A program made the translations under genes and the position numbers. DNA of 64,000 nt, from contig OZ037771.1 of NCBI GenBank assembly GCA_964035545.1, positions 14,259,133 through 14,323,132 of the forward strand, in the 5' to 3' direction. The notes under the pieces are model-generated. The model saw only the letters and a list, made by a program, of their open reading frames with translations. It did no database searches and was not told the DNA's origin. Positions 1-14,400 of the stretch are shown here, in pieces. Every line of letters starts with the position of its first letter. Positions within the stretch are counted from its first letter, which is position 1. This DNA is from Bugula neritina. Its lineage: Eukaryota; Animalia; Bryozoa.

Positions 1-3000
1 CATTGAGTTATATAAGTAGCTGTATTGACTTAAACTTATACTTTATAAATCATGCAACCTGCAGTGCAAGTCAACAATAAACAGTAAAGAATAACTAAGT
101 GCATGCATTGCTTGTTATTGCGTTGGTGTCAATTTAAATTGAAAAATTCGTTTACAAGTAACATTCAGTAACAACACTGAAATTCTACACGCTATAAAAA
201 ACTGAGAATTGTGTTTTATTAATTAGTGCACTGGATTTTGTACTTGTGATGAGATAATATTGTGAGTGAATGTTTGAGTCTTCATGAAGTTCGATGAAAG
301 CATTGAACAAAAGCGAATTATTTACATTCCAAAAGATGATCTACGGAAGGAAATATCAGCCATTCTTGTCAATACCTGTGTGAATAAGGTGTCAATTAAA
401 TAGCTAATGAAGGCTTTGTGCTCGTCTTGCACTAAGAATAAAAAGATGTAGAGAATACGTCTGCTACAAACCAGACGACCTTGATAATGTGAACTCGTAA
501 TCATGTAACACACATTGTCACACACTTCAATAAGCAAAATATAACGTTTATCAGTTTTCCATTGCTTAGGTCTTTGTTTGAAAATCATTGCATCAATTTA
601 ACGTAGAAATTCAGCCTAAAGAAGCTAGTGTTCATTTTGCTCATTCAGAATTTTAGCAAACTTTTTCTTCAACAGAATTGTTATCATTTTTAACTAGATT
701 GAAATGCTTATCTTCAGTCAACTGCATTTAAATAGCCAATAAATTTACTTAGCTTTATTTCCAAATATTTCATTAGCTGAATGAGTTAAAGTTGAAGCTG
801 CTGTGTATTTGCTGAGCAGCTGCTTCTCCAACTGTAAACAAGTCAGACGTCATAGAATTTGTAATTGAAACATGGCTGCAGTCAGGTGAGGTCATCAAGG
901 TTATTTGTAGGTTACATACCTCAATCACGTCAGCGTATAAATTCAAAATGACTCTTACAAACAAGTATGGTGTACAGAAGGAGATCTGTATTTTCTCTGT
1001 ATAGCATTAGTTCTAGTAAGTTTCTATACAATAGAAGGCTGGGTTAGTTTTTAGCTCCAAACTCAAGCACTATGCTTAAGAGTGAAGAACCAAAGCTATA
1101 CAAGAATCTGTATCTCACACTAAATAAGATGAACCGCAATCTAAACATATGTGCATGTAATATTTATACATGTTTTGAGTGCTTAAAATATGTGTTCAAA
1201 AATACTTGATTTGTTATTCGAAGTGAGTCATCAAGTTGAGGTTATAGTAAAAACTTGAAATAAACACCATTGCATCAATTATACTGTTATAAGAACAACA
1301 CCATATGGTATATCTATAGTTTTCCACAAATAAATACATCACTCGAAATAAATGATCCAACTAACTGTAATTGAAATAGCTTTATAAGGAAAGTTAGTTG
1401 ACTGAATAACAACTGCAGTTTTTGAAACTTTGAGTTATTGATCTACCCTCATGTTTTAGACCACCCCGTATAGCAATACCTTCCAACAGTCAATAAAAGC
1501 TCAAGGTGTGTGGTAAAATATTTTGTGTTGTTCTTTTCTTACGGATGACTGGATAATTTTATTGCCTTTTAAAATTCCCAGTCAATGACAGCTTACTATA
1601 CGTCTATTCTCTACCCTGCTTTGTGATTTAAGGTATTTTAACTTATATTATAGCAACACTGAAATGAAAGCAAATATTTTCTAGTGTAGCTATTTACATG
1701 TTACCGCTATGAGATATGTGCTCACTTATTCTAATGCTAGCTTAAGCATGAGCAGTACATTTATAAAGAGGAAGTTGCATAAAATATTAGAAATCCATGC
1801 TGTGAAATAGAGAGTAGAACAAATAAATTAACAGCATTTCTCTACAATCACTAAGAATAATAGCAGCTAACTATGAAAAGCATCTTTTACAAATATATTG
1901 ATAATTGCTTTTGTTACCCAACGTAATTTAATTTTTTAGTATAGCGTATATTTTTAAGCTAAGGTTGCTTGAAAAATGCAGGTTTATATAACCATGGGCT
2001 TCCGTCTTATACTATACTGTATTTTTAGCAATACTTCTTCTTAGCCTTAAATTTAATAAGTTTTTTATAAACTCCAGCAGCGCGATGGATGTTTACACAA
2101 TTGCCCGGTAGCTGTTTAGGTTCTTTACTACGAAACAGAAAGGTTACATTCAGTTTTCGTGCCAAAAATAATTAAAATACAAATATAAATAGTGTTTGGC
2201 ATCTTGTTTATGTTATCTTGCATAATATGTTTAATACAATTATGATATATATATAGAAGAAAATAATTAATAGTAATTTCCAACTTATTTAGTGTACAGA
2301 TGTGTGTACTGATTATATACTAAATATCAAAGAGAGTTATAATTGCTGGTCAGAGCAAACCTTTACCTGTGGCGCCCATATGCTTGCAGCTTTGAAGACA
2401 CACATTTGATTCAGAAAGTTTTTGATTAATGAGAACTACTAGTCCATAAATTAGCACTGTCTTCATCAAAATGAATTTATACTTTAAATAAAACTACTGC
2501 ACTTTGACAACGTTGAGAAGTTGACTAAAAAAAGGCAAAGATTAAGTCACATAAATGTAATATTTAAAAGAGAGACAGAATTTATTCTTCTTTGTTTTGA
2601 TTTGGTTGATTTCTTTGTAGTGTTAATTAAAACTTGTTTTGACTGAGTACTGATCACAGCTGAGTGATAAATTGTCGCACATGTTCCACTCGGAAAATGC
2701 TTTGTAGCTGAAGGTAAAAAGTAATTCCACACATAGCTGAGTGGTCAACACTGCACTGTACTCTTGCTGCTAATTGCTACCAAGTAATAGCAGAGTATGT
2801 TTTCTGAAGCCTTAGGGTTGAAATCGTTAGTAGGGTTGGTTAACCTACCAGCCTGTCTTTATGGATAGCCAACAATAACAAGTCAAAAGTGGAAAAGTCT
2901 TTGAAGATAATCTACATGTATGTCTGACACATGTTTGCTTTGTTTACCTTCTCTCCCCTCTTAGGGGGCATCAGCTATTGATGATCTAATGCTATTATTT

Positions 3001-4596
3001 GTTTTATTTAATGTTGTGGTACATTATATTCTATTAAAGTTTATTGTATTGCATTTCATTATGCTGTTACATTAATTAGTTATGCTTCAATATGCATAGT
3101 TACATATTTTAATCAATTGCATTGCATTATGTTGTATTATAATTTATATTATAGTATAATTTTTTCTATCATATTATATATATGATTGTACTACTTGATT
3201 GTACTGATTGTACTACTATATAATGATTGTACTACTTTAAATCATATTGCATTTAATCTTATTACGTAATTTAATGTGAACTATTTGCAGTAACAAGCTT
3301 TTGTTGGTATAAGATTTTGTAAAATTTCTTTCCCTATTGCTACATTACTTATAGACATAACTACGGTAATTCACTATTAGAATTGTCTGTTGTCAGTAGC
3401 AAGTAAAGTGGCATTAAATTATTTTTGCAAAAAGGAAAGCTAAGTAAAACATTGATACACTTAACAGTTTCATGGGATTGAGTGCCCAATAACTGCCAGC
3501 ATATGGCTGTATTACATAATCTTATAAAACAGCTTCGATCAGAATTCTTATTTCTTCTTCAGCAAAGATTTCAAAATAACTGCATGCCACATGGTAGTAG
3601 CTTTACATACACATCTGCCTTTTCTGTACTTTCTGTTTAAAAAACTGTGCGACAAAAAACCTTAAAAATACCCCAATATTTTCCCAATGGGTGTTTCTTC
3701 CGCTAACTTTATTATCAACATATAAACGTGTTATAAATATTATATGAATTACAGTGTTTAAGTATATTATAGATTGACATTTTTGTGTAGGTATTTATTG
3801 TGTATTGCATATTCACGGCATGTTTTCAATTTGCTGAAGTATTTTGCTATATTAGCAAAATGGCATACATTTTGTATTTAAGCAATACAATAATGCTATT
3901 CATAAGTGTTGGGTAACGTATTCTTGGATTAGTCATTCAAGTTCGATGGTGAGATAACTTCAAAACCTGACTCTATTTATCTCTCATTATTGACTTTAAT
4001 ATAGAGATGCTGCAGTATGGTAATATAATTAGAATTATTGTAAAAAATAAAGTGCTTTAAGATTTTATATTCTTTAGTTAAATTAGTTTATTCCAGTTAC
4101 TGTTCAGCAATTCTACTATAATTCAATTTGAGTGAGATAGGCATTGAATGCATTTACTAAGATTTAGTAAACAGACTATCAAACACAGAACCCCATTCCT
4201 TAAAAATAACGCCATAAGCAACAATAAAATAATCAAGTTAACAAGTTCAGTTCTACGTCTATGCAAAGCAAAAATATTCAATATCATTGGACAAAACATG
4301 ACTTAAGACAATCAATTAGCAAGATGTGGCACGACCAGGCAATGACTTACAGCAGCTTAAAGTGGTAACCGAAAGCAAAAAGAGTACAGAATAGCAGTCG
4401 CCTTGACAGGATATTCAACTAATCAACGTAATTGACTCGCTACAACAGCCCCAACAACTATTTGTTTCCCTAACAAGGTTGTAGAGTGATAAATGGGATA
4501 ATATTAATTATAGACGCACTAGCTAAGAGTTCTTATATCCAAGTATTATAGAGTAATATAAAATAAACTATTAGAATAGTCGGCAGCAGGTAACGT

Positions 4597-4751
4597 TCAC
4601 TCCTCTTCTTCTTTGTCATCATTGACCACACGACGCTCAATAATAATCTTTGGGTTAGATGTCAATGGCGACGCTTCACGAAGGTCTCCGGTGCTTTGAG
4701 AAAGAGAAGAGGTTGTTGTGAAATAAGTGGCGCCACCTGGTAGTGTGACTT
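4597..4751 (-). CDS. Prm: Paramyosin terminal exon 18 (coding after 17b; likely 3' UTR after 17a)
   Basis: TTGTAG acceptor in phase 1, matching the 17b donor. Open frame EVTLPGGATYFTTTSSLSQSTGDLREASPLTSNPKIIIERRVVNDDKEEEE* in a GC-richer island within AT-rich DNA. Confidence 0.7.
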
Positions 4752-5126
4752 CTACAATAGTACATTGTGTAGTTAGTATTATGTTATATTATATTATATA
4801 ATATTATATTATAATATAGTATTCTTATAGTACTATGTTATATTATGTTTATATTTTCTATTATATTATACTATAGCATATTATAAGATTGGATACTATG
4901 CATTATAATTATAATTATTATTATTATGTTATAATATGTTATGTTACGATACATAACAATATGCTATATTATAACATGCTATACTATTTCATATCATACT
5001 ATTATATATTATAACATGCTATACTATATTATATCATACGGAAATAGTAGAATTTTGGATTCGGCCAAATTAAATGTCTGAATGAAAATTGTGAAGGCGT
5101 AAACGCAACGCTATACTAGGAGTTAC

Positions 5127-5313
5127 CTCTCCTTGGCACCCTCACATACTCCACATACTCTTCAGAGTTTCTGGCAGCAGCGGCAGCAGCTGCTCTCTGA
5201 CGCTGCTGATAATTTTTCAGAGAATTCTCAGCAGACGTAGCTCTGGCCTCGTGGTGCTCCACCAATGAGGCCAACTTTCGGCAATGAGTTCTCATTTTGA
5301 CAACCGCATTTTC
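5127..5313 (-). CDS. Prm: Paramyosin alternative exon 17b (paralog of exon 17a)
   Basis: TTTCAG acceptor in phase 0, like 17a. ENAVVKMRTHCRKLASLVEHHEARATSAENS aligns with 17a [31 protein letters not shown]. Phase-1 donor G|GTAAC at 5126; if unspliced, stop at 5116-5118. Confidence 0.75.
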
Positions 5314-5401
5314 CTGAAATGCATTTGTAAGAGGAAAGCATACGTGAGCATTTACCTTGTGTGTGTAACGTTGTGATGCAATAAGAGGGTATGTTAGGAG
5401 G

Positions 5402-8400
5402 TTATGCTCGAATAATGCGCACAACTTCTCTTTGTACGCTGGTGCTACGAGCCCGGGACCTGCTGGCCAACTGACTACGCTCCGCCGCGTCGGCCCTGCC
5501 TTCTGCTTCTTCCAGTGTCGCCTGCAGTTTTCGGTATTTACCCAACGTGATAGTGGTGACCTCTTCCTACATCACAGAGGAAATGGGAACACTTATAGAG
5601 CTCATTGGTTGCATGGATGGTAAGACTACAAGCTAGCCCAAGGTCAAGGTGTTGCATGTACACTATACTGCGTTTCTATAGCAACTTAGAAATGATGAAT
5701 GAGGAGCTGCACACATAGTTTTCTCATGCTAAGCGAATGGAATGGGGAGGTGATGAGTCAATACAAACATAAGTAAACAATTCATGCATGGAACTAAAGC
5801 TAAGGACGAACAGCAGAGCTAAGGGCATAAAGTGATGATCTAACTTGCTAAACGCAATAATTTAAATTGCCAATCGCTTACATGTATTTAAATATTTATG
5901 CACAATATTTTAATAAATATTTTTTCAATTATAAATTTGCTTATCTCTAATAGTAATTCACACAAACTAAACTCATCGTATGGTAGGTACACTACAATGA
6001 ACTACGAATAGCAAGCTGAGGAATGGGTGCAATGCAAGTAACACTTGGTTACCACGGACACCAAATTGTGATTAAGGAAAAGGTCACCAAGTAGAATTTT
6101 GAGAAGAGACAACGATAGATATGCAGTGACCTCAAGCTCTAAAGTTCAAGGTCATTTAGCAAAAGCTCCACTGGAAGAATGAAAGGCAGCCTCTGTCAGC
6201 GAGCCAACACAATACACTCCTAGCTGCCGAACAAGCTGTACAATTTGCTGTCGAGGTGTTCAAATTGGGTGCACAAGATGTTGTTACAGTGAGAAGTATA
6301 CATTAATAGCAATAGTAAACTAAACACAATAACACTGTAGCAAAAGTATTATAACTCTATTCATTGTCAAACTCTGTTATTGCTCTAGGTTGCCTGGCAG
6401 TTTAGTGTAAAATTAGACAAAACTGTCGTGTTTACTATAGAAAAGAAAAGACAATAGAATTAGTTCAGTCAAATAATATTTTGTAATTATTTTGAATGTT
6501 TCAAAAATTTTCTGCCAAAAACTTACAAAGCTAAACGATTTTTCTTATAGATACTTCATTATACTTTTTCCAATTCAAGAGTTTAGAATGTTATAAACTA
6601 GTTTTTGACATCTATAGACGGCTTTAGACTATTTGACCAATCACCATGTTATTGTTATGGTTGCCATGGAAACAGAATATGGCTACTCACTGCTTCTTCC
6701 ACTTGTCTCTTGTATAGTTTGATCTTCTGGTTGAGAGTTGAAACCTGCTCGTTGAGCTCAATAACTAGTCTTCTGTCCTCCTCAGATGACATTATCAGCT
6801 CCTTCAATTGCCTCTCAAACTTCCTGGCAGCAGCCGATGCCTCTCTATGTCTGCGCTGTTCGGCTTCCAGCTCTGCCTCCAAGTCTCGAATCTGCAAATT
6901 GCAGGACAAGTTTACTATCAAGTGGCAAAATGCAGTTCGAATAACTAAATTTAAAGACTCATCTGTGTTTTTAGTAAAAGGTTTTTATAAACTGAACTCT
7001 ACAATAAGCCAAACTTTAACTGACACTCTGCTGAAGTCAGCTATTAATAATTAGATATCTATGTTTCCGGGTTAAAAAGGGAGCAGCCGTGGGGTTAAAG
7101 CGTTTGCTTAGTAAACACAAAGTCACGGGTTCGGACCCCGGCAAAGAACATTGGTGGTGTTTGGAAGAACATTCAGTCATAATTTCTCATGTGCCCCAAT
7201 TTGAATAAGTCTTTAGCCTAATTCAACAAAAAACTTTTTCTATCAGGGGTTTTCTCGCAGGGATGGTGACTATTAATTAAACTTGCGTGAGTTTCTGAGT
7301 TAGTAGCTTACTCTAGACTGGAGTTTAGCGATGATTCTCTTGCCCTCTCGAGCAGCGAAAGACTCAGCCTCTTCAAGACGAACACTGATCTCTCTGATCT
7401 CCACCTCCAACTGCTTCCTCAAAGTCTCGGCATTTCTGTAGTTATTGTGCTCTAGAGCCAGGTCATCAGCCATGCGCTTGTTCTCATTGGACAGACGATC
7501 AGCTCTATCATTAGCAGCAGCCTATCAAATACAAGCTTAGAATAGTTATATTTGTATTCTTAGTTCTTATTCGATAAATAAGTTTTAATTGATATCAAGC
7601 TGTAAAAATTTCTTCTTGTACAATAAATAGTTTAAAATGTATTTTATCATTCTGTTGGTTTTGTATTAGATCAAAATAGTCATTAGATTAGCCTAAATAC
7701 TTACAAGATTAGCCCTAGCTTCTTCCAGTTCAGCAATCATTGCGGTGTTGTCTCCCTCTAGACGTCTCTTCTCATTGGTCAAAGCGTTGATGTGAATATT
7801 AATCTCCGAAACTCTGCTTGTTGCCTCATCTCTTTCTCCTTCTGCGTTCTTCCTTCCTCTCTCAGCCTAACCAGGAATAACAATAACCTAAGTTATGCTA
7901 TTCAATTTAGTAATGTAAACATTGCTAGTTTCATACACTGACTGACATCTTGATGATATATGCAGTACTATTTCTTTATTTACTGACACAAAACCCATAA
8001 TCAAAATCTCGATATGCTCACACCATACTGAGAATGTATCAATTTCATATGCTGGCATTTTAATGATACATACAATAATAATTTGATATGCTGATGCGTA
8101 CTGACAATAAACTCATACCACCACATTTCTGCAAACACCACGCTGACACCATACTGACACAATATGAAACTATACTAATGATGTACTGGCACCTTACTGA
8201 CACCATACTAACACCTTGCTGACACTATACTGACACCTTGCTGACACCATACTAACACCTTGCTGACACCTTACTGACACTATACTGACACTATGTTGAC
8301 ACCTCTCTTACACGCCTATCTGAAGCCAGACTTACATTTTCCAAAGCAGATCTGACATCTTCAAGTTCTGACATGAGTGCATTTCTTCTCTTCTCGGCGT

Positions 8401-11400
8401 TGGCGAGAGATCCTCTGGTGTCATCCAGTACATGCTCAATATCGATGACTGTAGTCTCCAGCTCCTACACATTAGGAACTAAATATTACCAGAGTTGTCT
8501 TCTCAGCACACTCAGCTCATCACAAGAAAATTAAATTTAACCTTTTAACCTTTATGCAGTTTAATGTGACGAATCAGCCGAAGGTCTATATAGAGTCATT
8601 ACTTAACACACGGGGAGCGACAATAAAAAAGTCCCTTTTATCAAGACATGAGCCCAAAATACTTTGCTTTTTTCTGCTACTCAAACAGGACAGAGCAAAG
8701 ATAGGTGAGGATAACTACAGAATAATATCAACATCCGAAGCAAATTTCCTTTAAAAGATATTTATATTATTTTTCAGTATGTGCTTAAGAAAATTTTTCT
8801 TTTAAAAAGCTTAGTGGCGTTTCCTGAGTACCTTGATTCTAGCCTGAGCTCCCTTTCCAGCTCTCTGGAGGTCAGCGTTGACTCGGTTCAGGTTCTCAAT
8901 CGTGATCTCGTACTCCTTAATCTCGCTGTCGTACTTCTTCTTGAGACGACCGAGTTCTGCCTTGTATCTCGTCTCAATCTCCACGATAGTTCTCTGCAAC
9001 TCCTCGATAGTTCGCTGGTTGTTCCTCCTGCATATTTCATACTTTAGATTAGCCAATTACAGTGTAGTTTATTTCATACTTTAGATTAGCCAATCAAAGA
9101 GCAGCTTTTTTCAAGACACAAGTTCTTTATTAAACAGTCATTACTTTTTTCTGATTTTCGAGGTAGACATCATGTCAGTAAAATACAAACTTTATGATTG
9201 TCATTTATAAAGAGAAGCTCAATAATCATCAAAATTTAGAATATGACAAGGTCGTGAGCAACTCACATCTTACACAAATTTGCACTAGCCTCTAAGAATT
9301 CAGGAAATTTCCAAAGCCACGATCATTACCTGAGGGTTTCAAGCTCATCTTCCTTTTCTCGCAGACGTCTCTCGAGCTCATTCTTGATGTTTCCCAGAGC
9401 GTTGTTAGCGGCAGCGAGACGACTCTCAAGGTCAGCATTGGCATTTTCGGCATCACCCAAAGCAGCGTTAAGGCTGTCACGTTCTCCCTCCAGAGAAATT
9501 CTGATCTGAGTAAGGTCGTTGACGTTTCTATAAGATAGATCAAAGTTAGGTTAGCAGGTAGCATATCAGCCAGAATTACATTGTCAACAAGGAAGTTTTT
9601 GCTTTTTAATACTTTAACTATATTACTTTTGTAAACCTATCAACAGTGCTAAAAAACTTCTATAAATGTGCTTTTGGAGCAATAGAAAATAGCAACAGTC
9701 AATTATCAAACTTATAACTTCTCTACTAACTCAACTCAATCACCTACTAACTCAACTTACTTCTCTACGAACTCAATTCAATCACCTACTAACTCAACTC
9801 ACCTAGTAGCATCTTTGAGTTCTCCTTCTGCTTCTCTCAGTCGCTCACTCAAGTTCTTGTTCTCTCTGGCCAAGCCGTCATTCTTACCATGAAGGTCATC
9901 AACTTGGGATCTCAATCGGCCATTCTAAACCAATTGCATAGGATATGTGTAAACAACAAAGCAAGTCAATAACTACACAATAGTTTAGGTTATTGTGTTC
10001 TGAAATTAAAAAACACTCAACTACAGCTTGGTCAATAAAAAATAATTTTTATTTTGTATATAGGCATTTCGAAAATATCATTTTAATAGTGAATGAAGAT
10101 TACAGATTAAACTTTTAGTGCTCCATAGTTTAAAGCTATATCTTGAGCAGTTGTTTTAGGTAAATGTAACAGAATTGCATAGAATGTACTAGAATGCATA
10201 ACTTGCTCGAGTGTTTCAACTCAGAGACATACATTTTCAGTTAGAGTCCTGATCTCAGTGAGAGAGCTGCTGAGTTGAGATTCAGCATCTCCCAGACGAG
10301 CACCCAAGTCACCATTGGCCTTTTCTATTTCCTTCATTCTGCGTCCCATTTCACCATTAACTCCTGTAAAAACATTCAGCTTGATTACACACACCCAGAA
10401 CTTTGAGTAGTGCAAATAGTGACAGAATTATACTCCGCAAACCGTTCTTAGTGATTGATAACTCGTTTTATAATTTAGATATTTTATGAGGCCTTATTTA
10501 ATTTCCATTTGCTGAGAATTAACTATCTGGTATATTCCTTTTTATTATTATTTTTATTAAACTTTATTTTTGATTGTGTATAGTGAATTATATTTCATAA
10601 TTTTGACTATGGAAATTTTCTATTCATCTACACATTTATGTAACAATAACTGCATAGGTTACAGCTTTCTGTCATAATAAAAAATTGTTTGAACTCATCT
10701 ACTACAGGAGTTGTCTTATTATTTTTTGAAGCTATTTAAATATTGCTAGAATTACCTAATTGCATTAATTGCCTATTTAACATGTTACTAGAGTTGTGTT
10801 CCCTTTTTATCAGGCTTTACTTGCGAGTAAGGCGTCCAACATACTACCATTGCTACTTACCACTCAAGTTGTCTATCTCAATAGTCAGTTCCTTGATTTC
10901 AGTTGTCAACTTGTCCTTGGACTTCTGGAGAGTACCAACTTTACCATTGGCAGCGTCTAACATGTTAGTCAGCTCGATGATTCGCAGGTTCAATTTCTTT
11001 CTGTAAGGCACAAAAAATCCCTTTTTAAATGTTATGTATACATTTCTGAAAAATATTAGGCGTTAGTATTAGATGTTTATGATTGTACAGCAGTTTTCAT
11101 GAGAAGACAATTACAACATATGCATAAAATAATTTAGACCCTACTGGGATTTGAACCCGAGATCTCCTGTAAGCAGGCAAGCTACCATTACACCACAGGG
11201 CCACTGGGTAAACTCAACACTACACACAAGACACATCGGTAATCATGGAACAAAAGACTAAAACAACCAGTCTACATTGAACAATCTGATTTCCTTTCAC
11301 TGACCTAATTTCTTCACATTCGTCATTCTTGGCAGCAAGTTCACGATCAAATTTGCCTCTGAGTGACTGAAGGTCGCCTTCGAGTCTCGCTGCCTTAGCC

Positions 11401-14400
11401 TTGGCGTTGGCAGCGTCCTCAGCCTCTTCGTCACATCGCATAGCAAGAGCGTCGTAATCAGCTTGCAGGTTGGCAAGCATCGTTTGCAAATTAGCTCTTT
11501 GCTGCACACCACAAACATTTCAAATTCAAAATGATGAAACTTAGTTATCAGGCAAAAGTTTTGTGTTTAAAACATTACTTTAAATAATAAACATATAATA
11601 ATTATATATTGCTGTTAAATTATTAAATTAAAAAGAAGTTAAACAAATGTTCAAGGCAATGACTATTGTTAGTAAACAAAGGCATGACTGTCATAGTTGC
11701 AGACGTATAATAAACAAATTATCATTGTGATAAAATGGTTGCTTACTTTAGACTCATCATCTGCAACACGTCTCATATCTTCCAACTGTGTGGTAAGAGT
11801 AATCTTCAGCTTGCTCAAGTTACCAGAACTTGCTTCCAGGTCTTGGAGAGCCTTTTGCAGTTCAAAGTTCTCTTGGGTCAATCTAGATTTGTGGGCATTG
11901 GAGTCATTCAGTTGTCTGGTCAGATCGTCAACCTGTGCAGAATTTCAGAAATATACACGCCTGCAACTGCTTTTAAATAAAGATACGGTAATTATTTTTA
12001 ATTGAAAACACTTTTAAATATAATTTTAAGTTTACAATCTGCCTGTAAAAATTTCAAGGTAGATGCGGTAATGGAGAAATTAAGAAAAGCCAGTGTTCTA
12101 GATTGAAAATGTAGTGAAAAAAGTTATGTTCTAGCAAAATTTTACACCCGCACCCCAAATCTATAAAAAAATTAATAAAGAACGTAGGCTCGCTCAATTT
12201 CTCCACTACTCATGCAAAGCTCAAATTCAATGTACATCAATAAGTAATAAGCTTATCAATTTTGTAAGAATACAAATTTATAAAATCAAAGTACTAAGTA
12301 GGTGATGACGACCGGCATAAAATACTACTTCCTGTACCTGAGCTCTGAGTCTAGCAAGTTGAGCCTCCAGACCTTCAGCTCGAGAGTGGTCAGCCAAGGC
12401 ATTCTGTCGGACATTCTCGAGTTCAGAAGTGACCACGTCTATCTCAATAGTCAGGTTCTGTCTTTCCTTCTCTGACCTGCAGTATGGAGACACGTTGACT
12501 AATATCTGACACTTCTTTTAGCTCAACACTGACTAGTATCTGACACTTATTGTAGCTCAACACTGACTAGTATCTGACACTTATTGTAGTTTAATACTGA
12601 CTAATACCTGACACTTTTTGTAGCTCAACACTGACTAGTATCTGACACTTATTGTAGCTCAATACTGACTAATACCTGACACTTATTGTAGTTCAATACT
12701 GACTAATACCTGACACTTATTGTGGCTCAACACTGACTAATATCTGACACTTTTTGTAGTTCAACACTGACTAATATCTGACACTTATTGTAGCTCAACA
12801 CTGACTAATACCTAATATGATAACTTATTCCTATAATTAGCTGACACATACACAAAATTTTACTAGCTACTAACTCACCTACTGTCTGACACATTATGTG
12901 ACTCATTTCTATAATTAGCTGACACATACACAGCATATTACTAGCTACTCACTTGTTCTTCTGCTTGGTGAGCATATCTATCTGGTCAGACATCTCAGCC
13001 ACCGTCTGCTGGTGTCTACGCCTCATTGTCTCGCTCTCCATCTCCAATGCATTCTGGGCATTCTCTAAATCTTTTCTCATCTTTGTAATCTCGAACTCTC
13101 TCTTGCGGTTTATCTCAACCTGTCAATTGATCGCTCACTGTGAAATACTTTATGTTTTATCTTATTAATTTTTTGATATTTCACTGCAATTTTGAATCTA
13201 ATTGTTTAACATCTAAACCTGCAAAAGGTAAATGAATTAATTGTAAATTTATAAGCTTAGCATATGCTATGTTTAATTGGTTTCTCATAATTATATTAAG
13301 CAACTTTTTGCAAATGATAAAAAGGACTAGTTAGTAAAATTACAAAAAATAACCTTTATACCAAGGTGGCCCGAATGCATTGTTATTTTATTTGCAATTG
13401 TAAAGTCCGTATTTATCCCTCAGAAGTATTTTTCGTGTGCAGCAAAATAATAAACAGCTCCTAATTGCTAATAAAGCTGGGCATTCAAATCACCTCCACA
13501 GTGAATTATGATATACTTTATATTTACAGTAAAGGTTAGCCTATAAACCTACAGTCTAGTATATCTATACATACTAGATATGGAACATTCTAGAAAGTTC
13601 AAGTATGCAGGTGCAGGTCATTGTGAATAGAGTAATCAGTTTATTATCAGCCAAGAGGTATGCAATGAAGTCTTGCAACAATTGCTTATGCAATTCCTAT
13701 AGTTGATAGAAAGAGGTCTATTAGGCTAATAGCCTTAGTAACTATAACTTAATGAAAAACACAGGTACAGGCCTTAGACTACAATGAGCTGCATAATTAA
13801 ATAATAATGCTATTTTTATTTATCATTTAGCTTATCATCTGCGCTAATTGAGTAGAGCTTCTAGACTGTTCTATACTTTCCGGAAGAATAATTACATTCC
13901 AATAGTTAACTCAATCCAATAAAGCCTGAAAATTCCTTTATTCCTGGTATAGCTAAGACAATAGCTTTCACACTGTTTACTTAAATTTAATATTAAGTAA
14001 GATTACATGGCAGAATACGTATGTAATACTTTTGTTTTTATAATGGTATCATTGTTTTACTGTATTTATATTTTTTATTCCGGAAAGGAAACTTTCTTAT
14101 AGTCATTTTTAAAATTGAAGATGTACTCAAATTTTACCAGTAGGATTTTGTAGGGCTTCTAGGTTAGCATTAGTTTTCAGAATAAAATGTGCGAAGTGAG
14201 GGTCGTTCACAAAACCTCCCCATCTAAAACTGACCTGGTGTGATGATAGACCACCAGCTTCATCTAGCCTGTCATTCAAAGAGTCTACCATCAGTTGCAG
14301 TTCTGTAGATTGTCTCTCAAACTAAAGAATATTCAGCATATAGTACAAATATTATATTCTATTTCCCTAGTAAACTAAGGGCAAATATTAATTCTAAATA

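Noticed and set aside
300-1640. Plus-strand exon-like segments (911-963, 1460-1506, 1582-1632)
   Set aside because: Plausible splice sites but no consistent open frame or recognisable protein.
11137-11202. Functional tRNA gene
   Set aside because: Only 66 nt with no proper anticodon stem-loop; diverged relatives nearby indicate a repeat.
12496-12815. Regular repeat arrays as possible CRISPR
   Set aside because: Head-to-tail units with no unique spacers, no cas genes, eukaryotic intron context; the same applies to all other arrays.
6605-13168. Plus-strand ORFs overlapping paramyosin exons
   Set aside because: Antisense shadows of coiled-coil coding exons.
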